From the NCBI RefSeq assembly GCF_038025025.1, contig NW_027117338.1, positions 1,364,001-1,428,000 of the forward strand: 64,000 nt of DNA. Direction: 5' to 3'. The translations under genes were made by a program, and so were the position numbers. The stretch comes from Phyllosticta citribraziliensis (lineage: Eukaryota). Below, in pieces: positions 13,119-26,117 of the stretch (its first letter is position 1; each line of letters opens with the position of its first letter). Below the pieces are notes generated by a model that worked only from the letters and a program-made list of their open reading frames with translations, searched no databases and had not been told where the DNA came from.

Positions 13119-14051
13119 GGTGGTCAGTGTGCGATTGTGGAAGAGGGTGTGAATGTTGTATGGAAGGTAACAGCAAGGTCAAGAGGCAGATTTATAGTCG
13201 AGGTTGAAGGCAATGTTGATAATCTATCAAAGGTCGGGGTCTAATAACACGGACACGAAACGCAAAGAAGTTTGGATTGGTTCCTGACGGCTGGGACACT
13301 CGATGCAAAGCAAGGCTGTTTTGGGTGGACCAAACAGGGTTCACGCGGCGAAAAGTGTCGCTGGCGACTCGAGCCAAGATGGTGGGGGCGGTGATATCTG
13401 GAGATAGCAACGAGGGCTTTTGTAAGCAGCAGGTGCGGTGTCTTCATGAGGTAGGGCGGCGAGCAGTAGAGACGGCAAAAGGTGGAGATGGTGTTTGGTC
13501 GAGGAATGTGAGGTGGCAGGCCGGGGAAGCTCACACGCGGCGTCAGCTGTCCCTGTCTGGCTTACGTCACACCACAGGACCCGAGCAAGCCAACGACTCG
13601 ATTCGATTGGGTGGATTGGCGCGCATCTTTGTCGAGAGATTGACGACTGAGTGAAGATGGAAAAACGGGAAAAAAGTTGAAACCGTTGCCAAGCCGGGCT
13701 CGATGGATGAAGGAGCTCTGAGAGGATCCAATCCAGTACCAGGGCGTCCGCGAACAGCCCGCGCTCCACGTGATGATCCTGTTGCTTTTGGTCCATGTTG
13801 TTTTCATCGAGACAAGGACAAAGTTTATGCGGGCGCTGGCTACCGGCGTCGAGCGGCTGTCGGCGGGAGTGGCGGCCGGGCAGAGAAACGAACATCAGTA
13901 CACATGTCGGACAGTCGGTCTTTTGGGTTGTTCAGTCTCTGACGCTTATAACAAGTCGACGCTGGTTGCGTGCGAAAGGCGCATAATGGACCGACGATGA
14001 TTCGCCGGGAGGGTGACGTGAGCCCTGGAGTGCCGAATGGGACCCGCTGGA

Positions 14052-14057
14052 CCTCGG
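14052..14057 (+). promoter_or_regulatory. Possible FarA/FarB-type fatty-acid response element CCTCGG
   Basis: CCTCGG ~305 bp upstream of the acyl-CoA dehydrogenase ATG. A hexamer like this can occur by chance in GC-rich DNA. Confidence 0.3.
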
Positions 14058-14361
14058 CTCCCGCCAACGCCTTCAATTCGTCCAAACCGACACTTGTTTC
14101 CCAATCGAGGCCATTTACGGTCTTTGGCTGCTTCGAAGCCCATCACGGGTCCATCTGACGTCGGCCATGCTGCGGCTGGACGCCCCCAGACTCGCGGAGT
14201 CCGGGGTACGTCTGTTGCTCCCTGACATGTGAAGCCTCGCCCAGACACTCGACCGCGCCCAAAGCCGAGTCCGTACCTATTAATCCCGTCACTCCACCGC
14301 TGCTCTTTATCCTCTTTCTCCACCACCTTGCCTCTCTTATCACTCTTGTCTCACCTTCACC

Positions 14362-16139
14362 ATGTCGGCATCTTTCTCAAAGTCGGACGTCGAGGCCCAC
14401 TCCAAGCCCAACGATCTTTGGATCATCGTCGACGAGGATGTCTACGACCTGACCAAGTTCCAGGAGGAGCACCCGGGAGGAAAGAAGAGTATGTTCACGC
14501 GACCTTTCCCCCATCACCTCGCTCACCTCTCGCAGTCCTCCAGCGCGTCGCCGGCAAGGACGCCTCCAAGCAGTTTTGGAAGTACCACAACGAGGGCATC
14601 TTGAAGAAGTTCCAAAAGCAGCTCCAAGTTGGATCCCTCGACAGCAAGCCGAAGCCCGCTGCGCCTCCAGCTGAGGTTGCAAAGCCCAAGGCCGAGCCTG
14701 GCACCGTATCCGTCACCCCGCGCGGCGCGCCAGAGCAGTCGGAGCCTCTTGATCAGTTTGGCGACCTCGTGCCATACGCCGACCCTTCATGGTATCAGAC
14801 TGTAAGTCTCACTCTTCAACCTGTCGAAGCGGCGTCTAACATTTGGTGACAGTACCACTCTCCCTACTTCAACGAGTCCCACGCTGCCCTGCGCGCCGAG
14901 GTCCGCGAATGGGTCGACAACGACCTCATGCCCTACGTCACCGAGTGGGATGAGGCCAAGCGGATACCCGAGGAGATTTACAGGGCCATGGGCGAGAGGG
15001 GCTATCTTACCGGTCTGCTGGGAATGCACCCGTATCCCACTCACTTGGCCGACAAGCGCATCAAGAGTGTGCCTCCGGAGGCTTGGGATCTTTTCCACGA
15101 GATGGTCATCACGGACGAGCTGTCGCGCACAGGCAGCGGTGGCTTGGTGTGGAACCTCATCGGTGGTTACGGCATCGGCGGTCCGCCCCTCGTCAAGCAC
15201 GGCAAGAAGGCTCTGTTGGATAGGATTCTGCCAGCAATCTTGAATGGTGAAAAGCGCATCTGTCTTGCCATCACCGAGCCCGGTAAGCTCTATATCAGTA
15301 ATCAGGCGATCAGTGACTGATTCATCGCAGATGCCGGATCCGACGTTGCCAACCTGACCTGCGAGGCCAAGCTGTCGGAGGACGGCAAGCACTACATTGT
15401 CAACGGCGAGAAGAAGTGGATCACCAACGGTATCTGGTGTGACTACTTCACCACCGCAGTCCGCACTGGAGGTGAGGGTATGAACGGCGTTTCTGTCCTT
15501 CTCATCGACCGCGCGTTTGGCGGCGTTAAGACGCGCCGCATGGACTGCCAGGGTGTGTGGAGCTCCGGCACGACATACATCACCTTTGAAGACGTCAAGG
15601 TCCCCGTCGAGAACTTGATCGGCAAGGAGAACCAAGGCTTCAAGGTCATCATGACCAACTTCAACCACGAGCGCATGGGCATCATCATCCAGTGCCTGCG
15701 CTTCAGCCGCGTGTGCTACGAGGACAGCATGAAGTACGCGCACAAGCGCAGGACGTTCGGCAAGCGCCTGATCGACCACCCCGTCATCCGTCTCAAGCTG
15801 GCCCACATGGCGCGGCAGATCGAGGCCTCGTACAACTGGCTCGAGAACCTCATCTTCCAGTGCCAGAACATGGACGAGATGGAGGCCATGCTGAAGCTCG
15901 GCGGCGCCATCGCCGGCCTCAAGGCCCAGGCCACGACGACGTTTGAGTTCTGCGCTCGCGAGGCCTCCCAGATCTACGGTGGCTTGTCCTACAGCCGCGG
16001 CGGCCAGGGAGGTCGCGTCGAGCGCCTCTACAGGGACGTCAGGGCGTACGCCATCCCCGGTGGCTCCGAGGAGATTATGCTCGACCTGAGCATCAGGCAG
16101 GCATTGAGGGTGCACAAGGTGCTGGGGATGAAGCTGTAA
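14362..16139 (+). CDS. Acyl-CoA dehydrogenase with N-terminal cytochrome b5 domain
   Basis: b5 motifs VYDLTKF..EHPGG and AGKDAS..F.KYH; ACAD motifs CLAITEPDAGSDVA, NGEKKWITNG, NFNHER, QIYGGLSY, IPGGSEEIM; three introns; ends ...GMKL. Confidence 0.93.
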
Positions 16140-16880
16140 GCGGTGGTCCGGTTGCGTGTGTAAGATGCGGGCGTGGGGAGCTAGCTCATTGGGGCGGACA
16201 ATCTCTCTTGTCGGGTGCTGCAGTTGGGGATTTGCAAGACACTGTAGATTGGATTTCTTTGCTCTCGATCAAAACATTTCTTGCAGTGAGATTGATCTGG
16301 TGTGGTTCCATGTTTGGTAACACAGTGGTTGTTGAAAGAAATGAGGCCTGGCAGTGTGTAAGCATCTGGGGAGCATTCATTCACTGCTGCGCCTGCGCTC
16401 CAGGAGCAATCACGCCCGGGTTGCGCATAGGAAGCAGTCTTTTGTATTGCCGTAGCCAGATCGAGGGACCTGCAGTGGTAAGAAGACATTGCACTAGAGG
16501 GACAAGGACGATACTCTGGCTCTCCACACATTATTTCGTGCGAAACAGGCACAAGTAACTGACCGAGGTACGACAAAAGGCGCCCGTCTTAGACCGGGAT
16601 CATGAACATGTGCCCAGCCCAGTTTATCGGAAATACTGCTGAAGACAATAAGGGGCGGCTAGAATCCTGCACTCCCCCTTTTCAATCACCACAAGATGCC
16701 AAATGTTTTGACCAGGTTTGTGAGTGACCGCCCGCGAGGGCGATTATTGCTTAAATACGTACAGAAGAAGAAAAGAGTCATATCATGCGATGCTCAACCT
16801 CGTGTCTCATTAAGATGCATACCACTCCTCCTCTCTCTCTTTCACTCCTGACCTCCCCATCATCACCACCACCATCCAAC

Positions 16881-19585
16881 TCAAGCCAAACTAGCCTTGA
16901 CGGTCCTCTCCTCAAAGTTGAAGCCAGCCTCGACACCAATCGTGCCGCTGGGCAGCCGCCACTGCTGCGCCTCGACATCCCAGAAGCTGAGATCGCGGCG
17001 TAGCAGCTCGAAGCCGACCGTCTTGGTCTCACCGGGCGCCAGGTCGACGCGGTCGAAGCCGCGCAGCTGCCACTGCGGCGTGCCGGCGGGCGCGCCCGCG
17101 TCGGCAATGTTGACGTACAGCTGCGGGACCGCGGCGCCCGCCACGTCGCCCGTGTTGGACACGCTCACGTTGGCGACGTACAGCGGCTTCCAGAGGTCGG
17201 CGTTGCCGCCGGGCAGGACTGGCGAGGAGGCCGACGGCAGGCTGGACGAGTTGGACGTCCCCGGGACGGCTGAGACGCTCAGGTCGGAGAGGCTGAAGGT
17301 CGTGTATGAGAGACCGAAGCCGAAGGGGTAGTCGACTGAGCCGTTCTTCAGGGCGTAGTAGCGGTAGTCGATGTAGAGGCTCTCGGTGAATGGGTCTTGC
17401 CATGCGTTGGGGTCCGTCGTCTCGACCAGCTCGGTGCTGTTGACGATGGGCGGCGAGGCGACGCTCAGCGAGCTGGGAATCGTGTAGGGGAGGTGGCCGG
17501 ATGGGTTGACGTCGCCGTACAGCACGTCGACGAGCGAGTTGCCGCTCTCTTGGCCAGGGAAGTGAGAGAGCAGGATGGCCGTCACGTTGGGGTGGGATGC
17601 GAAGGGGAGGAGCACGGGGCCTGCTCCGTTGTGCACAACGATGGTGTTGCTGCAGCTGTCTGCCACAGTCTCGACGACGGCGGTGCCGTTGTGTTCAGGT
17701 TCGAGCTCATCGCGGTCGAAACCCTCCGTGGCCCACGACTTGATGAAGACGAGGCAGACCTCGGGCGCGGGTACGATGGTGTCGATGCCGTACTCCGTAA
17801 TGACTTCGTTGGACAGGATGAACTGGACAAGAGCGTCGTCCTGCTTCGCCCGCGCCTTGATGGCCTCCAGGGGTGTGACAAGGTAGGAATAACGACCAGT
17901 TCCGCTGCCGCCGCCGGACCCAAGTGTTCCTTGCTCTTCAGCGTCCGCCAAGAAGGCGCCAACGAAAGAGTACAGCCCGGCCTCGTAGTCACCTGCGCCG
18001 TTGCCAAAGACGGCAATGTTCTTGGGCGCCTTGAGAGGCAGCGATCCAGTGTTCTTGATGAGAACCGTCGAGTTGGCGGCGGATTCGCGGATGAACTGCG
18101 TGTGTTCCTCAGTGCGCACGTCGACAATGGGGCCCAGCTCGAAGGGGAAGCCGAAAGAGCTCTCCGCCTTGCCGTTGATCTCCGCCGAGGACTTGTCAAC
18201 CGGTGGGAAGTCCTTGTCCTGGCCCAGATGGAAGTAGGGGGTCATGATGCGGAGAATCATGTCGTCAATCCGGCTCTCAGGAATAGTTCCATTGTTGACA
18301 GCTGCCGTGGCGTTGGCGCCCCAGAAAGAGGGCGTTGGAGAACTGAATCCAATGCCGCCGGGCATGTTCATATCCAGCCCAGCCTCAATTGTGGCAACAC
18401 CAGCGTGGACCGCACCCCTGTGAGCATTCGTTAGCTGAAGATATCGACAAATAGGAGTTTAAAAAGCTTCCCAATCGCTCATCACGTGACCCTGAAATCG
18501 AAGCTCATCTTTAAGAATTCCGTTAAGAATCTTAGAGTTTTGGCAGCCGTATGAACCGTTGAGCCGGTTGTAGGAGCACATGATGGAAGCCGTCCCCGCC
18601 TTGACCGCGTCGGCGAACGGCCAGACATAAAGCTCATGCATAGCACGATCGTCAATGTTGGTCGAAACCGACTCGATGGTGGTGCCATCGTCGGCAACGC
18701 TTGGGTTGCGTTGCGTCTCCTGTTCGTTGCCGATGAAGTGCTTGGTTGTGGCTTGGACACCTGCGTCCTGGATGCCGAGCACAGTCTCTGCATTGGCAAT
18801 ACCAGACAAGTAGGGGTCGGCACCGAAGCCTTCCCAGTTGCGACCACCCCAGGGCGTCCGGCCGAGTGGGCCAGCAACAGGACCCAATGCAATCTCGGCA
18901 CCCTTGCCCTTGAACTCTTGGCCCATGTAGAGGCCTCGCTTGTAGAACTGCTCCCTATCAAAGGAGGCTCCAGCGTTAACGCCGGCCGGGAAGACAGAAG
19001 CATAAGTTGCTTGTCTAATGGACAAGGGGCCGTCTTGCAGACAAAGGCCCTTGAAGCCGAGTCTTTCTATTCCAATGATGTTGCCCTGTGGTGAAGTTAG
19101 AAGATTAATTGTGTCCAAAAGCACGCCTTCGACGAATGAGCTGCGCAAGGAGCATTCAAAGCTCGAAGAATCAAAAAGAGAGAGAGAAAAAAAAAAGTTT
19201 TTTTCGACTTTTGGTGCAATTGTGCAGAGCAAAGGCATTGGCGACTTACAGGGCAAGGTCCGTTTGTACCAGTAATCAAGGTGGTCTTCTCTTCCAAGGT
19301 CAATTCTGCGAGGAAGTCCTGAGCCTTTGCAAATGCATCTTCCCATCCGATACCAGTGGTATTGGCTGAAAACAAAGTCAGCAAACTATCAGACCAAAAG
19401 CAATGGTTAGGAAGATCCGTCCGAGCCAGTCATCTGACTCAAGACTAGGACACGAGAAAACACTCACGAGAGGGAAGGACAGCGGGACTCGTGGTGTACA
19501 ATGAAGGGTCCCAAGCAGCAGAGACGCCGCCCATGAAAGAGACCGCAAGGGCCAGAAGCGCCATCGAGTTCCTGGGAGAAGCCAT
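16881..19585 (-). CDS. Secreted glycoside hydrolase family 3 beta-glucosidase (with Fn3-like C-domain)
   Basis: Signal peptide; CLQDGP, GGRNWEGFGADPYL, KHFIGNEQE, MCSYN, MSDW nucleophile motif, GQESGN, YIDYRY, YPFGFGLSYT, QLRGF. One intron has a non-canonical donor (see findings). Confidence 0.92.
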
Positions 19586-21049
19586 GATGAGGAATTGACC
19601 AGCTCTGCAGCCTCCTCAACTCGCTCTCCAACAACCCCTTTTATAACGGTACTTCCACCTTGCGGCCCCCTCAGTGCTCGGTCGCCATCGAGCGAAGTTT
19701 TGCCAGAAAAATTGGGGCATCACGTCCAGGTCCGAGATCACGGCACTTGGAAGCAGCACTTGGAGCGGTACAGACCACCGATGGAGGTATTGGCCGACGA
19801 CCTCCCGGCGACATGGCTGTACTGGTCGACGCTGTGGCGGCGGCGCTGAAGCCAGCGATGGATGTATCCGCAGCCATCTTGGCACTGCTACACCTCGTGA
19901 CGGTTTTTCGGCAATGAAAGTGCCCAACAATGGTGATTATGTGGGGGATGCAGAACCTGCCGTAGGGCCAGATGCAGTCTGGGGTGCGTCGCTGGGGCCG
20001 GTGGCTGGCATGGGTTCGAGCTTCCTGATGGAGCAAGGTCAACGATGTCGCCGAACCCCGACATTTGAAATGACATGACAGCCCGGTGATCGAAAAATTG
20101 GAGAGGGAAGAAGTAGGAGGTGAAGAAGAAAAGCAACCTGCAAGGCCTCCCTTTGATGATGCCTCAGCTGGCATCAGCTCAAGCACAAGTTTAAGCTTAC
20201 CCATTGTCCATGGTCCCGGGTTTCTGACATGAACGGACTCTACAGTACCCAACTCCCGGGGCCAAGTCAAGTCGCATATTTCCGTTGCAAAAACCTGGGG
20301 AGATGATCACCAGAGCGCAAACAAGGTGTGTCCGAGAAAGACCCGCGGGGACGTTCACTGCATCCGTCCCCGCACCCCAGCTTTTGGAGGCTCCACTTTA
20401 TGCGGCATGTGCCGCTGCTTGACGAGGGTCAAATGCCGAAGTATCTTCAGACGTCTCGCCTTGGTCAGAGCATCTCGTGCTCAGTGGATCGGTGTCAGAT
20501 TTCGCTCGGCTCTTTACCTCCTCTCCCCCCAAACCCCACGGCAATTCCGCCGACTTACCTCAGCACTTGTTCAAGCATCCGAACTGAGATGCGCCATCAT
20601 CTAGCAATGTACGGCGAAGAAGTGGAGGATTCTGTCGTAAGCGACTGGGCGTCGTCACTTGTAGAATCAGCCGACAGTCGAGTTCTTCGGCTATTGAATC
20701 CAGCCACACCTGGCAGCCCCGTCACGATGTACTAGGCCGTGGGTATGCCGAAGTACTGCCTGAATGGACGGTGAATACGGTCGATGAGCTTGCGCTACGG
20801 GCGTATGTTAGCTGTCTTACTGTCTTGTCACCAGAAGTATGTGCGAGCTCGGAGTATAGAGCACCGAAATGCAAGTTGAGGGTCTATAGAGCTCTACCAA
20901 AATGACTCGGGCTTCGGGCCTCGTGTCCACACGCGAATGCTCCTGGTCGGTCCACGTAGTGGATGCGGCTGAAATTTTCCTGTGCTTACTACATCAGAAT
21001 CATGAGTGGGTTCTGGACAGGGGAAGTCACAACACCGACCTGAAAACCC

Positions 21050-22204
21050 CTAGAAAATCGCCAACGCGCTGCAATAGCTCACTGAGCTATCCCGGGGAGT
21101 GACGCAGTCGCTGCTTCTTTCATATCTGACGAATCGAAATTTGCCCTTTTCTTCTTCCAGCGACAAGGTCTCGATCGCGGCCATGACGACACCGATGGGA
21201 TGTCTCCCACAGACAGTGTTGCCTGTCTCTTCCAGGATTTCAAGGAAGTTCTTGTGGCTCTTGGATTCAACAGCATCCATGCAGTACCCGTCGACGTTTG
21301 CAATGCTTTCGTGAATGGCCGGCTTCTTTGGTGGCGCATCAGACGTCCGTAGCGATCTCGAATCGCCAGGGGCCGACTCGTAGTAAGTGTACCTGAACCG
21401 GGAGCCCCAGTGACAAAAGTCGGAGGAAATGATGAAGACGGCAGTAGGATCCGCAAGATATGGCGCGAGGATCTCCCCGTACTGGCGTTCGGTGGCGCCA
21501 GAGGTGGCACCCACGAGGATGGGAACAACCGGCGGGAACTGAAATGGATCGGAAAATTGCCTGCGGGCGGGCGTGAGGAAGATGTTCCATGACTTCGCGG
21601 CCACGTGGACGGGCTTACCTGGACATCATTTTGTAGATGTAAGGCAAGTGCATCTCCAGGCTATGCTCGTCCTCGTCCTGTGACACGCTCATCTTGTCAA
21701 ACTTGCCCTTCTTGTGCAGCTCAGCAACAGTCTCAGTGTCAATCTTGAGATTACCCAATGGGGTCTCGTAGCTGTCACACTTGGAGAGAGCGCAGCCAGT
21801 CAAGTAGTAATGGTGAGACGGTCCAAGTAGGAAGACGCGTTTGCTGCTTCGTGTTGGCCTGTCAAAGTTCCCATGTTTTCTTCACGGTAGAATCTTACGC
21901 ATTCGACAAATCCAAAGCCTTGTAAGCCCACGCGGCAGCAGGACCCGAGTAGGCATATCCGGCATGCCTACAAATCCAAATGAGCCAACGAGCCGGTCCC
22001 AAGTGACAGTTCAGAATGGACCTACGGGGCGATGATGGCTCGTGCACCGGCAGAAGGCAGATCAATGGTGACACCCTGAGAAGCAGGCCTGATGCCCTTG
22101 GTGGATGCAGGCACATCATCAAGCCATTGATCCAGCTCAGATGAGAGGGTGCTTTTGCTGCTGGAATACCATGATCCAGCGTGGCTGGCTTCCCTGCTTG
22201 GCAT
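21050..22204 (-). CDS. MHO1: MEMO1/Mho1 family protein
   Basis: REASHAGSWY, IAPHAGYAYSG, LLGPSH, EHSLEMHLPY, ISSDFCHWG, NTVCGRHPI, DSSVSY. Confidence 0.92.
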
Positions 22205-22791
22205 CTTGGTCGACACGACTGATAGTAGTTTTGGAAGAAATCTTTCGGTCAAACTGGTAAGTCTCGAAGCTCGATGTTGTTGAATGGTTGGCGGCGGGGT
22301 AGGGCGGTAAACAGGCTGCTGGGAGGCAGCAGTTGCAGCTCACGTGGGGGTTGTGGCAGCGGTTGAGAGGGCAGGGAGGATTGAACGAGCGCTCAATTAA
22401 TTAATGAATTGTCTATTTCAACGACAGAAAAATGCGGGATAGATACTGTCACGAAGTCAACAGGCAAGACGTGTATAAAGATGGACGTCAAGACGTGAGC
22501 TCAGCCCCACAGCCTGGCATTTAAGACGGGGATAGCTTTATCTCCATCATGGCCGTCATGTTGCGCGAAGTGCTGCAAAGTCCCGGCAACGACTTTATCC
22601 GCACTGCTCCCAGCCACCAGCACCCACTCATCACGTCAGGTACTCCGAACGCGTCCGCGCGCCCAACTCTTTCATCCCATCATCCCGTCTCTTTAGCCCA
22701 CAGCCCAACCCGCGCTCTCCATTCTCCATATCTTACCCACACATCCTTTCTCCACCTCAACCCTCCTCTCGCCCGACGCAACATCTACGCC

Positions 22792-23495
22792 ATGGCCCAC
22801 AAGCGCAAGCGCTCCGACTCGACCTCGTCACCACTCTCTTCATCGAGTCTCTTTTCGCGTTCCTCAAGCCCACCATGCATTGACATGGACGATGCGCCCA
22901 TCGCGGACCCAATGCCGGCCAGCTGGACATGGCCCTCGCAGCAGCAACAGCCGCAACCGCGCGAGAACATCAGCGGCCGCAATTTCAAGCGCTTCCGCGA
23001 CGACAGGCCCGATGAGCGCATGATCCACGGTACGAGCACACCACGGGCACACGACAACCCGACAACCCAACCGCCCACCGTCAGCGACTAACCGAACCAG
23101 CAGAATCCACTCTGCGTCGCCTCTACGACGCCCAGCGCCATGTCTCCGCCCCCAATGCCTCGTCCGAGACAGATGTCTCTGCCTCGGCCCCCGCCGCGCA
23201 GTTCCCCCAGCAGCAGCTCGTGCCCGTGCAAAAGTCGACGCTGCACCAGTTCTGGCACATTTCAAAGCCGCCGGTCCAGCCGCCCGACACGTCGATCTCC
23301 GCTGCGGCCATGAAGGATACGGCGGCGCTGCGCTGCGATGACTGCGACGTGTCGCTCGTGGGCTACTACGGAGTGGGTATGGACATGGGCGTCGATTTAG
23401 ACGAGTGCGTGTGCAGGCGGTGCGAGAAGACGGTTTGTGCTTCGTGCTCCGTGTTTGGGAACGAGAGGAGATGCTTGAATTGTGCCATGTGTTGA
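22792..23495 (+). CDS. Small hypothetical protein with basic NLS-like N-terminus and C-terminal Cys8 zinc finger
   Basis: MAHKRKRS..., KRFRDDRPDE, intron 23030-23103, STLRRLYDAQ, QKSTLHQFW, CDDC...CRRCEKTVCASC...CLNC. Confidence 0.8.
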
Positions 23496-23811
23496 GGGTG
23501 CTGAATTTTTGGGTGACGGCGTCGTTTTGCTGGTCGCGACACGGTACTGTGCACGCATAATTTTGTGTCAAAAGTTGGATGTGGGCTCGGCGTTGCAATG
23601 GGGAGCATTATTCAGGCTCAGAATCTTTTCAGGTCAGGCGTTTCAGAGACGGCTGGCGAGGGATCGGCGAGTCTGGCACTCGCATCATTTAGACCCCTAA
23701 ATGCAGCAAGTTTTCAATTAATATTTATCATCTCTATGTTGACGTTTGAGGGGAGTTGCCAGCCCATCTCTATCCAGCCGTATGGGCTCAACCCACAGAC
23801 CCTGGCCGTAA

Positions 23812-25687
23812 TCAAGCAAGTCTCCGTCCGAAATCCTGTATGCTCTGTCCCAGGCGTCCCAAGAAACCTCCAACTCCCGAGGGTCTCGAACGGCTGCTCT
23901 CGAGCCTCCACACCAGCCAGGCAACCCAGCTCGCCGTGCCCACAAACGTCGTGAGCATGGCACCGAGCAAGACCTGCGACTGCCGTCCAACCGCACGCTT
24001 GACTTCCGAGTACCTCTCGTTGCCAAAGGTGACGCGGGAATACTGGGTCGCGAAGCCGAGGCTGGGCACGTTGACACTGAGCCACTCTTCCACGGCCTTG
24101 CGCATGCGGTAGATGGGGCTGATGACGTCTGAGCGCATCTCGCCATAGTTGCGCAGCGCGAGGTCGTTGATAGTGTGGGCGTCCGGCCGGCGGAGCGTCG
24201 AGTAGCGGTCGAGAGCCTGAGCGCGAGCGTTTGCACGGGCAACAGGGTCGCCATTCACAAGTGCATAGTTGGATGCGTCGAGTGTAGTGGCTGTCTCGGG
24301 TTCCTTTTCAGCCGGCGGCGAGAATTGGTCGAGACAGTCGTACAATACGCGAACGTCCTCGAGACCAGCGTTCATTCCTTGGCCATAGAACGGTACCATT
24401 GCATGCGCGGCATCGCCCAGGATGACACAGGAGCTGCCGTAGTGATACGGCGAGCATTTGATGCTGATCAGCGGGAGGTGAGGATTCTCGTTGTACTGCC
24501 TCCGCAGGTCGTCTTCCGAGATGAGATCGGGGACGACGCCAGGAAAGTGCTTTTGGAAGAATGGCACAAGCTGGTCGGGATTGGCATCTAGCTTGGAGAA
24601 GCCGTCTGCCGGGAGGAAGAGCGTGCAGGTAAAGGTTTTGTCGATTGAAGGAATGGCGATGAACATGAACTCCTTCCCCGGCCAGATGTGCAGGTAGTTT
24701 GGCGGGATTCTGAAACCGTCGTTTTCTGAATGAGGGGCGGGATCCATCCGGAACTCACACCAGAGAGTGTCGATGTATTCTTGCATGTAATCCATGCGGG
24801 CATATTTCATAAGGTGGTACCGGACTGCGGAGTGGGCACCATCCGCGCCAATCATGAAGTCGAATTTGACTTCTACTTCGCGATTGCCCGAAGATGTCGT
24901 TGTGCTTGTAGCTTGCTGTGCGGCCGTCTTGAGGTGCTCAAACCAAGCTACGTTGTTCTTGAAATCTGCGCCGACCAGCTTATGGTGGAAGAAGAACTTG
25001 ACATTGGGCATGCTCTCGAGCTCGTCCAGCAATCGTGTGTTCAAGCTGGACCTGTCAATTGCTCGCAGAAACTATTGCGGCATGTCAGTCATGGGCCGGG
25101 AAACATCGAATGACGTCATGAAACTCACTCTTCCGCGAACATCGTACAGCTGTGCCTCTTGGAAGTTTTGGTCATTCTTGCGGCCATGGATCATGCGGCC
25201 ATGCATGGGAATGGTCTCTTCGAGCACTGATTCCAGCAGACCAGGACATTCTGCTTTTCTCATGGAATTGATACCACGCTCAGAAATCGCAAGATTTATA
25301 GATCTTGTAAAGTTGAGCAGGGTCGTGGTAGGGTCTCTCAGATCTGCTTGCCTATTAGAGTAGGTTCCATTTTGAGAGAGCATGACCGTTTGTAATCTTT
25401 GCCCGGATGACCAAGCATGTGGAAATTTTGGCCAGCGGCCCCAAAATTTGAAAACTGCCAGCGCTGAGGGAGCGGGAGATTTGCAGTGGCGAAAATTCAG
25501 AAGCGGGGTGAAGGTTGAAGACTGGGCGAGGAACAAGACAATCAAGCAGACGGAAAGGCTGTAGCGCTTTAGACTCACCTCCTCGCAACTCGTAGACCTC
25601 AACCTCGTCACCACGCCGTGCGGCGTAGATCGCTGCAAGCGCGCCAACGGGACCCGCTCCGACCACAACCGTTTTTTGAACAGCCAT
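23812..25687 (-). CDS. BNA4: Kynurenine 3-monooxygenase
   Basis: [63 protein letters not shown]-terminal hydrophobic anchor. Confidence 0.95.
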
Positions 25688-26117
25688 GATTGAAGAAGCG
25701 CGGAGGAAGCGGAAAGAAGGAGGGAGGAGGAGAAAAGGTCCTGGGACCAAGAGAGAGAAGCAGAAATTTGAGCGAAGTCGCAATGGCGTGAGAGTGTGGA
25801 GGGTGTACAGTGCAAGGCCGAGAAAATGACTACTGCTTTTGTGATTGGCGAGCCGCGGGGGACTAGTGCATGACTCTCAAAAGTCGATGCCGCCCATTTT
25901 TGTGCTGCCCTGCCAAAGACCAAAGCTTCAACCAGCTGCCCTTGTTCTCGCGCTCCCTCGGCCTCAGCCTTGTTGAGACTCTCGACCAGGCTCGCATCTT
26001 TGGTCACCGCCTGTCGCCTCTCACCACCTCTCCCGCCGCGACATCGCCTCGTCCTAGCCGGCTGCCTCGGTCCGGACTCCAGTCTCACCACCACTCGCTT
26101 TCTCAACACGCGCAGCC

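Noticed and set aside
12246..13244. 332-aa + strand ORF opposite the ADH (likewise 17397-18434 opposite GH3 and 854-1738 opposite KHA1)
   Set aside because: Antisense shadows of well-supported genes.
14787..16115. 442-aa antisense ORF over the acyl-CoA dehydrogenase
   Set aside because: Shadow frame caused by high GC3 codon bias; no recognisable motifs.
19170..19212. (AG)n/poly-A/poly-T hairpin-like stretch
   Set aside because: Simple sequence inside a GH3 intron; no TSD or terminal repeats indicating a mobile element.
4454..19585. GH92, cupin, ADH, ACAD and GH3 as a catabolic gene cluster
   Set aside because: No shared pathway, transporter or cluster regulator is evident, and the intergenic gaps are large.
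19960..20030. GGTTCGAG T-loop-like motif suggesting a tRNA
   Set aside because: I could not build an acceptor stem, D-arm or anticodon arm around it.
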